Assembly: GCA_045578305.1 (NCBI GenBank)
Contig: JAZNKA010000051.1
Location: forward strand, 11,308 to 75,307
Reading direction: 5' to 3'
DNA from: Clostridia bacterium
Lineage (GTDB): Bacteria > Bacillota > Clostridia > Monoglobales > Monoglobaceae
DNA length: 64,000 nucleotides
The notes beneath the pieces were generated by a model, which searched no databases, was not told the origin of the DNA, and saw only the letters and a program-made list of their open reading frames with translations. A program made the translations under genes and the position numbers. Positions within the stretch are counted from its first letter, which is position 1. Each line of letters opens with the position of its first letter. Below, one piece after another: positions 29,436 through 39,527 of the stretch.

Positions 29436-31913
29436 ATGAATAATTCAAACACAAACAAAGCAAAAAAGCAGCAAAACAAAGAGACAATAAAAAAACAGAT
29501 AAAAAGCAGTATTTCGGGCAAGCTCCGCAGATATTTTGCCAAAACGGTAGAAACTGCGACAGACGAACAGCTTTACAAGGCGTGTGCCATGACGGTCCGT
29601 GACGAGATTATGGACAAGTGGGCAAAATCGCGCGAGACCCTTGAGACAGGGAATCAAAAAGAACTGTACTATCTGTCTTTTGAGTTTTTAATTGGCAGGT
29701 CGCTTGCAAACAATATAATGAATATCCTGAAAACAGACGTATACAGCGAAGCACTTTCGGAAATGGGTCTTGACCTTTCAAAAATCGAGGAGGTCGAGAA
29801 TGATGCGGGACTTGGAAACGGTGGTCTTGGCAGACTTGCGGCGTGCTTTTTGGACTCGCTTTCGACCCTTGAACTTCCGGCTTTTGGGTGCGGAATCAGG
29901 TATGAGTATGGACTTTTTAAGCAAAAAATCATCGATGGATACCAGGTGGAAATGCCCGACCCCTGGCTTGAAAGCGGAAATGCGTGGGAAATTGAACGCC
30001 CTGAGGACAGCGTCGAAATCCATTACAACGGCAGGATAGAGGAGTATTATGAAGACAACCGGATGAAGTTTCGGCATGTTGATTACAACACCGTTATTGG
30101 CGAGCCTTATGATATGCCGATTTCGGGGTATGACTCAAAACTGGTCAACACATTAAGGCTTTGGCGTGCAAGGTCTCCTCAGGTAATCAATATGGCGGAA
30201 TTTAACCGTGGTGATTATGCAATGGCGGTCAAAGACAAGGAACTTGCCGAGGTGGTTTCACAAATCCTTTATCCCGAGGACAATCATTACGAGGGTAAAC
30301 TTTTGCGACTTAAACAGCAGTACTTTTTTGTCTCGGCGACAATTCAGTGGATTTTGGCAAAGCAAAAGCGGCGCGGACATAATCTTTGTGATTTGCCAAA
30401 GTATGTCCAGATTCACATCAACGATACACATCCGACAATTGCTATTCCCGAATTTATGCGCATTATGATGGATGACGAGGGGTTCGGCTGGGACGAGGCA
30501 TGGGATATTGCTCAAAAGATTTTTGCCTATACAAATCATACCATTATGTGCGAGGCACTTGAGCGGTGGCCTGTTTCGATGGTTGAAACGCTTCTTCCCA
30601 GAGTCGCAATGATTGTAAAGGAAATTGACCGCAGACAAAGACTGTTTCTGGGCGAAAAGTTTGGCGGTGATGCGGCAAAAATTGATTATATGTCGGTTAT
30701 ATCAAACGGAAATGTCAATATGGCAAACTTATGCCTTACTGCTTGCCACAGCATAAACGGTGTGGCAGAGCTCCATACCGAAATTTTGAAAAAAGAAACA
30801 TTCCGTGATTATTACAGCGTATATCCCGAAAAGTTTAAAAATGTAACAAACGGAGTGACACCAAGAAGATGGCTTTTAAAGGCAAATCCCAGGCTTGCAG
30901 GACTTATAAGTGACGCAATAGGTGATTCGTGGATAAAAAATGCTGAGGATTTAAAAGCTTTAGAAAAATTTGCGAAAGATGCGGCGTTTAAAGAAAAATT
31001 TGCGGCAATAAAGCAGCAAAACAAAGAAAAACTTGCTGAATATATACAAAAAGCAAACGGCATAACAATTGACCCAAGCTCGCTCTTTGATGTGCAGATT
31101 AAAAGACTTCACGAATATAAACGCCAGCTTTTAAAGGTTTTTCATATAATATACCGCTACAAAATGATTACCGAAAACAAAGAACAGGCAAGCCTTCTTC
31201 CTGAGACTTTTATTTTTGGTGCAAAGGCGGCGCCGGGATATCACACTGCCAAGCTGATAATAAAGCTTATTAACAATGTTGCCGAAGTGGTCAACAATGA
31301 CCCAAGAGTAAATGATATCTTAAAGGTGGTATTTGTCGAAAACTACAGCGTTTCCATTGCCGAAAAAATTGTGGCAGCGGCAAACTTAAGCGAGCAGATT
31401 TCGACAGCCGGAAAAGAAGCGTCGGGAACAGGGAATATGAAGCTTATGCTGAATGGCGCGCTTACCATTGGAACAATGGACGGCGCAAATGTTGAAATTT
31501 CGAGGTTGGTGGGAAAAGAAAACATTTATATTTTTGGTCTTACAGCAGAAGAAACTTCCAATATTTATGCATCAGGCAGGTCAGGCAGCGGTGATGTTTA
31601 TTCACAGAACGCTGTTGTCAAGATGGTAGTGGACTCTTTGATTGACGGGACTTTTTCGAAAAATAATCAAGATTTGTTCCAGGATCTTTATCGTGAGCTG
31701 ATTTTTGGCAGAAACGGTTTTTCAGACCAGTATCTTTTGCTTCGCGACTTTGTTGCATACCTTGATGCAAGTCACAGAGTGGCAAAGGATTTTGTGACCC
31801 CATCGCTTTGGAATCAAAAAGCGATTATCAATGTTTCAAAAGCCGGATATTTTTCAAGCGACCGCTCGATTGAGGATTACAACAGACAGATATGGAAACT
31901 GAATAAGATATGA
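29436..31913 (+). CDS. glgP: Glycogen/maltodextrin phosphorylase
   Basis: PLP site TAGKEASGTGNMKLMLNGALTIGTMDGANVEI. About 825 aa. Confidence 0.95.
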   Translation: MNNSNTNKAKKQQNKETIKKQIKSSISGKLRRYFAKTVETATDEQLYKACAMTVRDEIMDKWAKSRETLETGNQKELYYLSFEFLIGRSLANNIMNILKTDVYSEALSEMGLDLSKIEEVENDAGLGNGGLGRLAACFLDSLSTLELPAFGCGIRYEYGLFKQKIIDGYQVEMPDPWLESGNAWEIERPEDSVEIHYNGRIEEYYEDNRMKFRHVDYNTVIGEPYDMPISGYDSKLVNTLRLWRARSPQVINMAEFNRGDYAMAVKDKELAEVVSQILYPEDNHYEGKLLRLKQQYFFVSATIQWILAKQKRRGHNLCDLPKYVQIHINDTHPTIAIPEFMRIMMDDEGFGWDEAWDIAQKIFAYTNHTIMCEALERWPVSMVETLLPRVAMIVKEIDRRQRLFLGEKFGGDAAKIDYMSVISNGNVNMANLCLTACHSINGVAELHTEILKKETFRDYYSVYPEKFKNVTNGVTPRRWLLKANPRLAGLISDAIGDSWIKNAEDLKALEKFAKDAAFKEKFAAIKQQNKEKLAEYIQKANGITIDPSSLFDVQIKRLHEYKRQLLKVFHIIYRYKMITENKEQASLLPETFIFGAKAAPGYHTAKLIIKLINNVAEVVNNDPRVNDILKVVFVENYSVSIAEKIVAAANLSEQISTAGKEASGTGNMKLMLNGALTIGTMDGANVEISRLVGKENIYIFGLTAEETSNIYASGRSGSGDVYSQNAVVKMVVDSLIDGTFSKNNQDLFQDLYRELIFGRNGFSDQYLLLRDFVAYLDASHRVAKDFVTPSLWNQKAIINVSKAGYFSSDRSIEDYNRQIWKLNKI

Positions 31914-31914
31914 A

Positions 31915-31950
31915 ACAAAAAAAAGACCGCCTTTTGAGGCGGTCTTTAAA
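31915..31950. terminator. Bidirectional intrinsic terminator (glgP / rpsR convergent)
   Basis: AAAGACCGCC-tttg-(A)GGCGGTCTTT with flanking A8 and T-rich runs. Confidence 0.85.
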
Positions 31951-31958
31951 ATTGCTCA

Positions 31959-32207
31959 TTAGTCAGCAGAATAGGGCAAAAGTGCCATATATCTTGCTCT
32001 CTTGATAGCAACTGTAAGCTCTCTCTGATGCTTTGCACAGCAGCCGCTGATTCGTCTGGGAAGAATCTTAGCTCTTTCTGTGATATAGCGTCTGAGCTTT
32101 GCTACATCCTTGTAGTCAATGCAATCTACTTTGTCAGCGCAAAAAACACAAACCTTTCTTTTAGGTCTTCTGCTTCTTGATCTGTCATTTCTTTCCATCT
32201 CTTCCAT
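31959..32207 (-). CDS. rpsR: 30S ribosomal protein S18
   Basis: [59 protein letters not shown] at 32207 follows AGGAGG. Confidence 0.95.
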   Translation of the reverse strand: MEEMERNDRSRSRRPKRKVCVFCADKVDCIDYKDVAKLRRYITERAKILPRRISGCCAKHQRELTVAIKRARYMALLPYSAD

Positions 32208-32273
32208 TTGAAATATCCTCCTTTTCAATCAATAATCGGTGATTTTTAAAACACCGTCTCTAGAAATCTTTTT

Positions 32274-32711
32274 TTAAAACGGCAAATCGTCGTTTGTTTC
32301 AAGGGTGACAAAATCGTCATCCTGCGATGCAGGCATCTCTGCAACATCACTGAGCGCTGCGCTTGCTGCGGGCGAGAACGAACTGCCTTCATCTGCACTG
32401 CGTTTGGACTCGCCAAACGAAACCTCGCTTGCAACAACTTCGGTTGCGTAGTTCTTTTTGCCGTCCTGACCCTCCCAGGTTCTTGTTTGAATTCTGCCGA
32501 CAACGATAATCATTCTGCCCTTTGTGAAATATTTTTCAACAAATTCAGCTGTTTTGTTCCATGCGACACAGTTGATGAAGTCTGTGCTTCTGTTGTCGCC
32601 GTAGCCGTTGTCAATAGCAACAGTAAAACTGCAAACGGGTGTACCGCTGCCTGTGTGCCTGAGCTCGGGGTCGCGGGTAAGTCTGCCCATCAAAATCGCT
32701 TTGTTAATCAT
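32274..32711 (-). CDS. ssb: Single-stranded DNA-binding protein
   Basis: OB-fold N-terminus MINKAILMGRLTRDPELR and acidic tail ending DDLPF. Confidence 0.95.
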   Translation of the reverse strand: MINKAILMGRLTRDPELRHTGSGTPVCSFTVAIDNGYGDNRSTDFINCVAWNKTAEFVEKYFTKGRMIIVVGRIQTRTWEGQDGKKNYATEVVASEVSFGESKRSADEGSSFSPAASAALSDVAEMPASQDDDFVTLETNDDLPF

Positions 32712-32747
32712 AAGCAATCTCGCTTTCTGTGCTTTTTTAAAGCATAA

Positions 32748-33047
32748 TTATTTGTTTTCCTTTTTGATAACCATGTTTCTGAGGATGCCGTCGGTAATAC
32801 CGAATACACGCTCGAGCTCTGCGGGGAAGTCTGCCTTTGCCGCAAAGTTTATCAAAACATAGTAGCCTTCTGTTACATCATCAATCGGATAAGCCAATCT
32901 TCTGCGTCCCCATTCGTCAACGCTTTCAATTGTACCGTTAGCTTCGATCAATGACTTAAACTTATCAACGAGAGCAGTTGTTTCTGATTCGCTTTTTGTA
33001 GCGCTGATAATAAACAAAGCTTCGGACTTGTTGATAACTTCAACCAT
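32748..33047 (-). CDS. rpsF: 30S ribosomal protein S6
   Basis: Position upstream of ssb-rpsR. WGRRRLAYPI motif. ATG at 33047 follows AGGAGGTG. Confidence 0.93.
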   Translation of the reverse strand: MVEVINKSEALFIISATKSESETTALVDKFKSLIEANGTIESVDEWGRRRLAYPIDDVTEGYYVLINFAAKADFPAELERVFGITDGILRNMVIKKENK

Positions 33048-33114
33048 TTTTTTCACCTCCTTGTGGACTTTGACTTTCGGTCGTGCCGAAAGTAAGGATT
33101 TCTCTAACCAATAA
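33048..33114 (-). promoter_or_regulatory. Possible rpsF (S6:S18) autoregulatory leader
   Basis: The 5'UTR contains hairpin CTTTCGG-cacga-CCGAAAG, nested in CCTTAC...CAAGG pairing that reaches the SD. Confidence 0.35.
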
Positions 33115-33143
33115 ATTATAATACCTTTTTACGATGTTGTCAA
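33115..33143 (-). promoter_or_regulatory. Sigma-A promoter of the rpsF-ssb-rpsR operon
   Basis: On the minus strand: TTGACA, 17 nt spacer, TATAAT (perfect consensus). Confidence 0.65.
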
Positions 33144-33203
33144 GCATAAATTTTCCTGTAGTTGAATATATTTTAAGAAATATTTGCAAAGGACAGAGTA
33201 TTT

Positions 33204-34148
33204 ATGAAGAAAATATCATGTTTGGGTTTGATTGTGTATGTGCTGGTGATGGTTTTTGTCCCTGTTATCACAGGACTATTATTTTTTGCAAAAGAGGAAG
33301 ACCTGCCCAAAGGCTATGAAGAAAGCGTAAATACAGAGATAAGCTACTTTGACTTAGCGGACGGAAAGGTCAAAACCTGTGACCTTGAGGAATACCTTGT
33401 GGGCGTTCTTGCGGCAGAAATGCCTGCCGAATACGAACTTGAGGCACTTAAGGCGCAGGCGGTTGCGGCGCGAAGCTATATTTTGAGTAAGAAAGGCAGC
33501 AAATCAAACGAACATCCGACGGCGGATATATGCAATGATTCTGCGCATTGCAAGGGACACCTTGACGAAAAAACGGCAAGAAACCGTTGGGGAAAGAAAA
33601 AGAGCGATAAATACTGGCAAAAGCTTACCAGGGCGACCAAAGAAACAAAAGGCGAGTATATGATTTGTGGCGAAGAAGTGGTCGAGGCATTTTTTTTCGC
33701 ACGCAGTGGAGGAAGGACCGAAAATTCGGAGGATGTCTGGGGCGAAAGCCGTCCGTATCTTAAGTCGGTTGAAAGCGAGGGGGATTTAAGGTATCCGGAA
33801 TTTGTCTCGATGGTGGAATTTAAAAATGCAGATGCGCAAAAGCTGCTTGGAATTGCCGAAGAACAATTGAATATCGGCAAAATCGTACGCACAGACGGCG
33901 GAAACGTAAAAAGCATAGAAATTGACGGCAGAGAGTTTAAGGGGACCGAAATAAGAAAAATTTTTGACCTTAAGTCAGCGGATTTTGATATCACACAAAC
34001 TGATAAATCGGTGATATTCAGCGTGAGGGGATTTGGTCACGGCGTAGGAATGAGCCAATTCGGAGCAAACGAAATGGCAAAAAGTGGGGAAAAATACACA
34101 GAAATTTTGTCACATTATTATACAAATATACAAATTGTAAAAAAATGA
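33204..34148 (+). CDS. spoIID: Stage II sporulation protein D (SpoIID/LytB-domain lytic transglycosylase)
   Basis: ALKAQAVAARSY, ARSGGRTENSEDVWG and GHGVGMSQFGANEMAKSG motifs. N-terminal TM anchor. Confidence 0.88.
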   Translation: MKKISCLGLIVYVLVMVFVPVITGLLFFAKEEDLPKGYEESVNTEISYFDLADGKVKTCDLEEYLVGVLAAEMPAEYELEALKAQAVAARSYILSKKGSKSNEHPTADICNDSAHCKGHLDEKTARNRWGKKKSDKYWQKLTRATKETKGEYMICGEEVVEAFFFARSGGRTENSEDVWGESRPYLKSVESEGDLRYPEFVSMVEFKNADAQKLLGIAEEQLNIGKIVRTDGGNVKSIEIDGREFKGTEIRKIFDLKSADFDITQTDKSVIFSVRGFGHGVGMSQFGANEMAKSGEKYTEILSHYYTNIQIVKK

Positions 34149-34244
34149 TGTAAAAAATCTTTTCCTAAGAACGAAAATATGTTAAAATGATAAAAAAAGC
34201 GAGCCTGTTTTGATAAAACAGCTTTCAGGAAAGGTGGGCATTTA

Positions 34245-34874
34245 ATGAATACTATTATTACTTTGGGAAGACAGCTTGGCTCAAACGGAAAGATAATTGG
34301 TCAGAATCTGGCAGAAAAGCTTGGTTACAAATTCTATGACAAAGAAATTATAGCAAGAATTGCAAAGGAAAACGGCCTCAGCGAAGCGGTTTTTTCTGAG
34401 ATGGACGAAAAACCCACAACAAGCCTGCTTTATTCGCTTGTGATGGGTGTGCAGTCAACAAAGGGACTTTATTATCAGTATAATGATTTTTTGAATGGAG
34501 ACAATCTGTTCAAACTTCAGGTGGATTTGATAAGAAAGATTGCAAAAGAGGGCCCCTGCGTTATAGTCGGCAGATGTGCAGATTATATTTTGCGTGACGA
34601 GCCGGGACTTATCAGCCTCTTCCTTTATGCAGATACCGAAGCAAGAGTAAAAACGCTTATGGGAAGAGACGGTATGAGCGAAAAAGAAGCTCGCGGAGCA
34701 GTATCCAAGGCAGACAAACGGCGCTCGAATTATTACAATTTTTACACCAATCGCACTTGGGGCAATGTAAACAATTACAATTTGTGTATTGATACAGCAT
34801 CTTTGCCAAAAGAGAAGTGCGTAGACTTTTTGCTGTCGTATATAAAGGAAAAGGAAAAAACCTTTATTGATTAA
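34245..34874 (+). CDS. Cytidylate kinase-like family protein (AAA/P-loop-like, function unknown)
   Basis: IITLGRQLGSNGKIIGQNLAEKLGYKFYDKEII is the typical N-terminus of this family. Confidence 0.75.
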   Translation: MNTIITLGRQLGSNGKIIGQNLAEKLGYKFYDKEIIARIAKENGLSEAVFSEMDEKPTTSLLYSLVMGVQSTKGLYYQYNDFLNGDNLFKLQVDLIRKIAKEGPCVIVGRCADYILRDEPGLISLFLYADTEARVKTLMGRDGMSEKEARGAVSKADKRRSNYYNFYTNRTWGNVNNYNLCIDTASLPKEKCVDFLLSYIKEKEKTFID

Positions 34875-34890
34875 CAACTTGCATAAACTT

Positions 34891-34930
34891 CACCCCTTTT
34901 TGATATACATTCAAAAAGGGGTGTTTTTTT
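34891..34930 (+). terminator. Intrinsic terminator
   Basis: 13-bp stem CACCCCTTTTTGA-tatacat-TCAAAAAGGGGTG followed by T7. Confidence 0.85.
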
Positions 34931-36446
34931 GAGCAAACAAAATATGCTTAGGAGTACAGTTTTGCTGACAATATCCGGGATACTGGCAAAAACTGTTGAT
35001 TTTGTTTTTCGTACTTTTTATTCGCGCAGTCTTGGAAGCGAGGGAATGGGAATTTTTTCGCTGTGTTTTGCGGTGCACGGAATTATGTTGAATATTGCAA
35101 GCGGCGGACTTGGTGTAGCTGTTTCGAAATCTGTTTCTGAGTGTTATTCCACAGGACAGTTGGGTCAGGCGAACAAGACAATGAAAGCCGCTCTGAGTGC
35201 GGTATTTATCCTGAGCCTTAGTGCAATAGGAACGGTGTGTATATTTTCAAAAACGATTGCGACCGAGGTCTTAAAAGAACCCAGATGCAGTATAAGCCTT
35301 GTTTGTATTGCACCGACCGTACTTTTTATGGGTATTTCGTATTGCGTAAAGGGGTATTTTTATGCGACAAGACGGGTCGCAATTCCTGCTTCGTCGGAGT
35401 TTTTGGAGCAGTTGATAAAGATTGTTTCAACAGTCTTTTTTCTTTCAAAAATGCTGCCAAAGGGAGTGGAGTTTGGGTGTGCGGCGGTATTTTTGGGTAT
35501 GAGTGCAGGCGAGTTTTCATCATGCCTTTATTTAAGCTTGTTTTATATGTCAGACGCCCAAAAGTGCGGAGTCAAACAAAAAACAGGTGTACCCGCACTG
35601 TCCAGACTTTTAAAGGTGTCAATCCCAATAATGATAACTTCACTTGTCTGCTCTTTTTTCAGAATGCATGAAGAAGTACTTGTTGTACAGTCACTTGAAA
35701 AATCTGGGCTTTCTAAGCCGGAGGCTTTGTCAGCCTATGGCTCAGTTCGAGGTATGGTTATGCCCCTTATTGTGTTTCCACTTACACTTCTTTCATCGTG
35801 CTTTACATTGTTGGTACCCGAAATTTCGAGAGCGTATGCCATGAAAAACAAAGTGCGGCTTCAAAGCCTTGTCGCAAAAATTTATCGCTTTTGCACGCTC
35901 TTTGGATTTTTTGTTCTTTGTACATTTTTTGTTTTTGGCGAAAGACTTTCTTTTTTTGCATATCATACATATCAAATAGCACAACCGCTTAAAATTCTTG
36001 CGGTGATTTCGCCACTTATGTTTGTGGATTCGGTTTCAACAGGGATACTCAATGGGATGGGCAAGCAGACAAGACTGCTCCTTTTTTGCCTGCTGGACTC
36101 GGCCTCAAGAATTTTGATGATTTATATTTTTATGCCAAGGATTGGTATGCCGGCACTGCTTTTGACCATTATATTCAGCAATGTCCTTACTTCATGCCTG
36201 ACATACAAAAGTGTAATTGGTTTTTCGGATATCAAAATCAAAAGTTCGGGTCGCATATGGCGGCATATTGCGGCAACCGTATTTGCGACGATTATTGTAC
36301 GAAAAGTCCTTCCGGATATTGGAGGTGTGTACGAAATGACTATTGGGATAGCCGCCTTGGCTATGGTTTATTTTGTCTTTTCGTTCATTTTTGGTGCTGC
36401 AAAAAAAAGCGACTTTGGATGGCTTTTTGGAAGGATGTTTTTTTAA
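34929..36446 (+). CDS. MOP-superfamily polysaccharide/lipid II flippase (SpoVB-like)
   Basis: About 14 TM helices. N-terminus LLTISGILAKTVDFVFRTFYSRSLGSEGMGIF resembles SpoVB/MurJ-type proteins. Start is uncertain (TTG 34929 or ATG 34944, neither with a clear SD). Confidence 0.75.
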   Translation: MSKQNMLRSTVLLTISGILAKTVDFVFRTFYSRSLGSEGMGIFSLCFAVHGIMLNIASGGLGVAVSKSVSECYSTGQLGQANKTMKAALSAVFILSLSAIGTVCIFSKTIATEVLKEPRCSISLVCIAPTVLFMGISYCVKGYFYATRRVAIPASSEFLEQLIKIVSTVFFLSKMLPKGVEFGCAAVFLGMSAGEFSSCLYLSLFYMSDAQKCGVKQKTGVPALSRLLKVSIPIMITSLVCSFFRMHEEVLVVQSLEKSGLSKPEALSAYGSVRGMVMPLIVFPLTLLSSCFTLLVPEISRAYAMKNKVRLQSLVAKIYRFCTLFGFFVLCTFFVFGERLSFFAYHTYQIAQPLKILAVISPLMFVDSVSTGILNGMGKQTRLLLFCLLDSASRILMIYIFMPRIGMPALLLTIIFSNVLTSCLTYKSVIGFSDIKIKSSGRIWRHIAATVFATIIVRKVLPDIGGVYEMTIGIAALAMVYFVFSFIFGAAKKSDFGWLFGRMFF

Positions 36447-36512
36447 AAAATACATTTCAGGGACATTGAATAAGCATAAAGGAAAACAACCATACTAAAA
36501 CAGGTGATATCC

Positions 36513-37223
36513 TTGAAAGTTTCGGTAGTTATTCCTGCTTATAATGAAGAAAAAACAATAAAAAACACATTGATTTCTTATGCCGGATTTTTAAAGAATT
36601 CGTTTGACGAATTTGAACTTATTGCGGTAAACGATGGGAGCACAGACGGCACACTCCGCGAAATAACAAGTTCTGATTGCGCAAAAGTGATTTCATATTC
36701 ACAAAATCGGGGCAAAGGGTATGCTGTAAAACGCGGAGTTTTGATGGCGACGGGAGACTATATTTTTTTTACAGATGCAGACTGCTCGTTTGCACCTGAT
36801 AATATAAAACACGCTGTTTTAATTATGGAAAAAGGTTTGGCAAAAGGGGTTGTTGGGATAAGAGAAAACCGTGACAGTGAGTATTCTTTGTCAAGACGAA
36901 TACTTTCGGACGGATTAAAAAAGCTGCTTGGTATGACACTTAAAATTGATAGCAGTGATTCACAATGCGGGTTTAAGGGGTTTGACAAAAGAACCGCGAA
37001 ATACCTTTTTTCAAGGATGAAAATTTTTGATTTCGGTTTTGATATCGAAATTATGTATCTGGCAAAAAAACTAAGAATTCAGCTTGAAAAATTTCCCGTA
37101 ATCTTTTGTCACCGAAGCGATTCTAAAGTTAAACCGGTTTTAACGGCGTGGCGGATATTCAGGGATATTTTTGCAATAATAAAAAACGAGAGGGATTTCG
37201 GGTGGTATGCAAACAAAATATAA
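36513..37223 (+). CDS. Family 2 glycosyltransferase, polyprenyl-phosphate sugar synthase type (GtrB/CsbB/DPG-synthase-like)
   Basis: VSVVIPAYNEEKTI, VNDGSTDGT and FFTDADCSF (DxD) motifs. Soluble, about 235 aa. TTG at 36513 follows AGGTGA (alternative GTG at 36504). Confidence 0.85.
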   Translation: MKVSVVIPAYNEEKTIKNTLISYAGFLKNSFDEFELIAVNDGSTDGTLREITSSDCAKVISYSQNRGKGYAVKRGVLMATGDYIFFTDADCSFAPDNIKHAVLIMEKGLAKGVVGIRENRDSEYSLSRRILSDGLKKLLGMTLKIDSSDSQCGFKGFDKRTAKYLFSRMKIFDFGFDIEIMYLAKKLRIQLEKFPVIFCHRSDSKVKPVLTAWRIFRDIFAIIKNERDFGWYANKI

Positions 37224-38571
37224 AATTTCGGACAAAGAACGTGAGGATATATTGTTTTTTGTGCTGACGATACTTACATTTTTTCGATATTCGTATTTTG
37301 GATTTGACTACACACCGTATCTTGATGATTATGTCCAGTATTCGTTTTACCCGTCTTCCCCGGAACCCTGGCAAAACATATTGACAGGAGGGGCGGGAAT
37401 TTTGCTTACAAGGCCTTTGGCGGGACTTGCAGACTTTTTTTTATGGAGCAGATTTTATGAAAATTCGGGGGTTGTGCTGGCGATAATATCTCTGATGTAT
37501 GGTGTTTCCGGGGTGATGTTTTCAAAGGCGCTGAAAAAATTCAGCATTTCGGCAGGACCTTTGTTTTTTGCGGTGTTTTTATTCTTACCGGCAAACAGCG
37601 AGGGGACATATTGGATTTCGGCATCGACACGTATTGTTGTTTCGCTTTTTTTGATTTCGGCATCAATTCTTGCTGCAGCAAATGAAAAAACAATACTTTT
37701 CTTTTTGTTTAACTTTTTGTCAATGTGGTTTTACGAGCAAACGGCACTTTTGTCTTTTGCGGCAGGACTTTTGGTAAGCATAGAAAAAAAGTCGCCCAAG
37801 ATGTTGATGGCAACTTTTTTGTCAGCGCTTGCACTTTTTTTATTTTATTTTAATTTTGCATCAAAAGGCGATAATGCACACAGAATGCAAATTGTCGCGG
37901 CAGCAGAGGTTCCTGCCAATATATTAAAAACGACAAGGTCATTTTTTGAAGTTTTGTTTGGAGTAAACTTTAAAATCTCGACCCAAGGTTTTGCAAGAGG
38001 CTTTAATACTGTAGCAAAGGATTTTTCGATACTTTGGATTTCGACATTGACAATTTTGGTGTCAGTTTTTTTTGCTTTGGAACAAAATACCAAAAAATCA
38101 GAGGTGAAGCTGAAAAAATCTCTGACAGCCGGACTTGTTTTGATGATTGCACCGCTTGTCCCCTTTTTTGTAATTAAAAACAGCGTCTTTAACCTGAGAA
38201 ATCTTGTCCCGTCTTTGCCAGGACTTGCCATAATTGCGGGTGCGATTTTTGATGTGCGGGGCAAAAGGTGGGCAGCAGCACTTTCGGCGGTTTTGATTTT
38301 TGTTTTTTCGCTATCCTCGGTGTCCGAGTTTGGTGATTACAACTTTACTGCAAAGCGTGATGCTTTGCTTGCTCAAAAAATTTCACAGCAGATAACGGCA
38401 GATACCCCTAAAATATCGGTAAAAATAAATACCCCAAAGTACTATGCACAAAATGCACCCTACAATGACCACATAATGAGTATGACAGGCTCGGATTGGG
38501 GACTGAGCGGGATTGTGCGCACATTAAGCAACAACCGAAAGGTTGTGGTTGAGTCAATTGAGCAAGAATAA
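37207..38571 (+). CDS. Polytopic membrane protein, probable GT-C-fold glycosyltransferase (GtrII/YfhO-like role)
   Basis: At least 10 predicted TM helices, YLDDY acidic motif in the first loop, soluble C-terminal domain. Overlaps the upstream GT2 gene by 17 nt. Confidence 0.6.
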   Translation: MQTKYKISDKEREDILFFVLTILTFFRYSYFGFDYTPYLDDYVQYSFYPSSPEPWQNILTGGAGILLTRPLAGLADFFLWSRFYENSGVVLAIISLMYGVSGVMFSKALKKFSISAGPLFFAVFLFLPANSEGTYWISASTRIVVSLFLISASILAAANEKTILFFLFNFLSMWFYEQTALLSFAAGLLVSIEKKSPKMLMATFLSALALFLFYFNFASKGDNAHRMQIVAAAEVPANILKTTRSFFEVLFGVNFKISTQGFARGFNTVAKDFSILWISTLTILVSVFFALEQNTKKSEVKLKKSLTAGLVLMIAPLVPFFVIKNSVFNLRNLVPSLPGLAIIAGAIFDVRGKRWAAALSAVLIFVFSLSSVSEFGDYNFTAKRDALLAQKISQQITADTPKISVKINTPKYYAQNAPYNDHIMSMTGSDWGLSGIVRTLSNNRKVVVESIEQE

Positions 38572-38578
38572 ATTTTAC

Positions 38579-39505
38579 TTATTTAAGAATGCTCTCGGCA
38601 GATTTTTTTTGTGTTCTTAGATAGCGCTTCATCATATAAAGGCATTCAGGGTCTCGACTAACCTTGTTCATGCCGCTTTCGCACGAAAGCGAAGCTTTAA
38701 AACCCATTTCCTTAATAATATCAAACGAGGCGTTGCTGACACTGCCGAACGGATAGGTAAAGGTGGTTGGTGTGTAGTTGGTATTTTGCTTGAATTTGTC
38801 CTGAAGATTTCCCAAATCCTCGGTCAGCATAGCTTTGTAGGCACTGTCGGATTCTCCGCGTTTCTTTTTGCTTCCGTTGCGACCCTTGTCTGTTGTGTGC
38901 AGATTGTAGGAGTGATTTTGCATTTCCACAAGGCCCGAGTCAATCATTTTTTTTACATCGTTCCATGTGACATGCGAATAGCTGGGGTTTTGGTCAGGCG
39001 TGTCGGTGTAAAGGTCGGTGTAGTAACCGATAATTGATAAAACTGCTTTGGAATCGTACTTTTCAAGAAGCGGAAAGGCATAAAGAAAGTTGTTTGAGTA
39101 GCCATCGTCAAAGGTCAATACAACAGGTTTTTTGGGGAGAGGCGTTCCTTTTTCGACAAAATCTATAAGGTCCTGCATAACGATTGTGGTGTAGCCGTTT
39201 TCTTTCAAAAATTTGAGGTCCTTCTCAAATGCAGCCTCACTTATTATGTAGTTGCCGTGTGTGTTGGTGCTGCGAAGTATGCTGTGATACATAAGAATGG
39301 GCACATCAACGGTCATCTTTTTGGCAGAAGATTCAAGACTGTCTTCGTCGGTCATGTCGTCAATAAGAGCTTTTTCTTGAGGTGCAGGTGCTGTTGTGGG
39401 GGCAGAACTTTCGCCACTATACAGCTTGATTATGCCAAAGCTTGCAAGAGTCACGGCAAAAACTGCGAAGTAATATATAAGAGTTTTCATTTTTATAACG
39501 AACAT
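38579..39505 (-). CDS. Polysaccharide deacetylase family protein (NodB homology domain)
   Basis: VVLTFDDGY motif, N-terminal signal/anchor, SD GGAAAGGA. Confidence 0.85.
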   Translation of the reverse strand: MFVIKMKTLIYYFAVFAVTLASFGIIKLYSGESSAPTTAPAPQEKALIDDMTDEDSLESSAKKMTVDVPILMYHSILRSTNTHGNYIISEAAFEKDLKFLKENGYTTIVMQDLIDFVEKGTPLPKKPVVLTFDDGYSNNFLYAFPLLEKYDSKAVLSIIGYYTDLYTDTPDQNPSYSHVTWNDVKKMIDSGLVEMQNHSYNLHTTDKGRNGSKKKRGESDSAYKAMLTEDLGNLQDKFKQNTNYTPTTFTYPFGSVSNASFDIIKEMGFKASLSCESGMNKVSRDPECLYMMKRYLRTQKKSAESILK

Positions 39506-39527
39506 TAAAAATCAATCCTTTCCTGGT

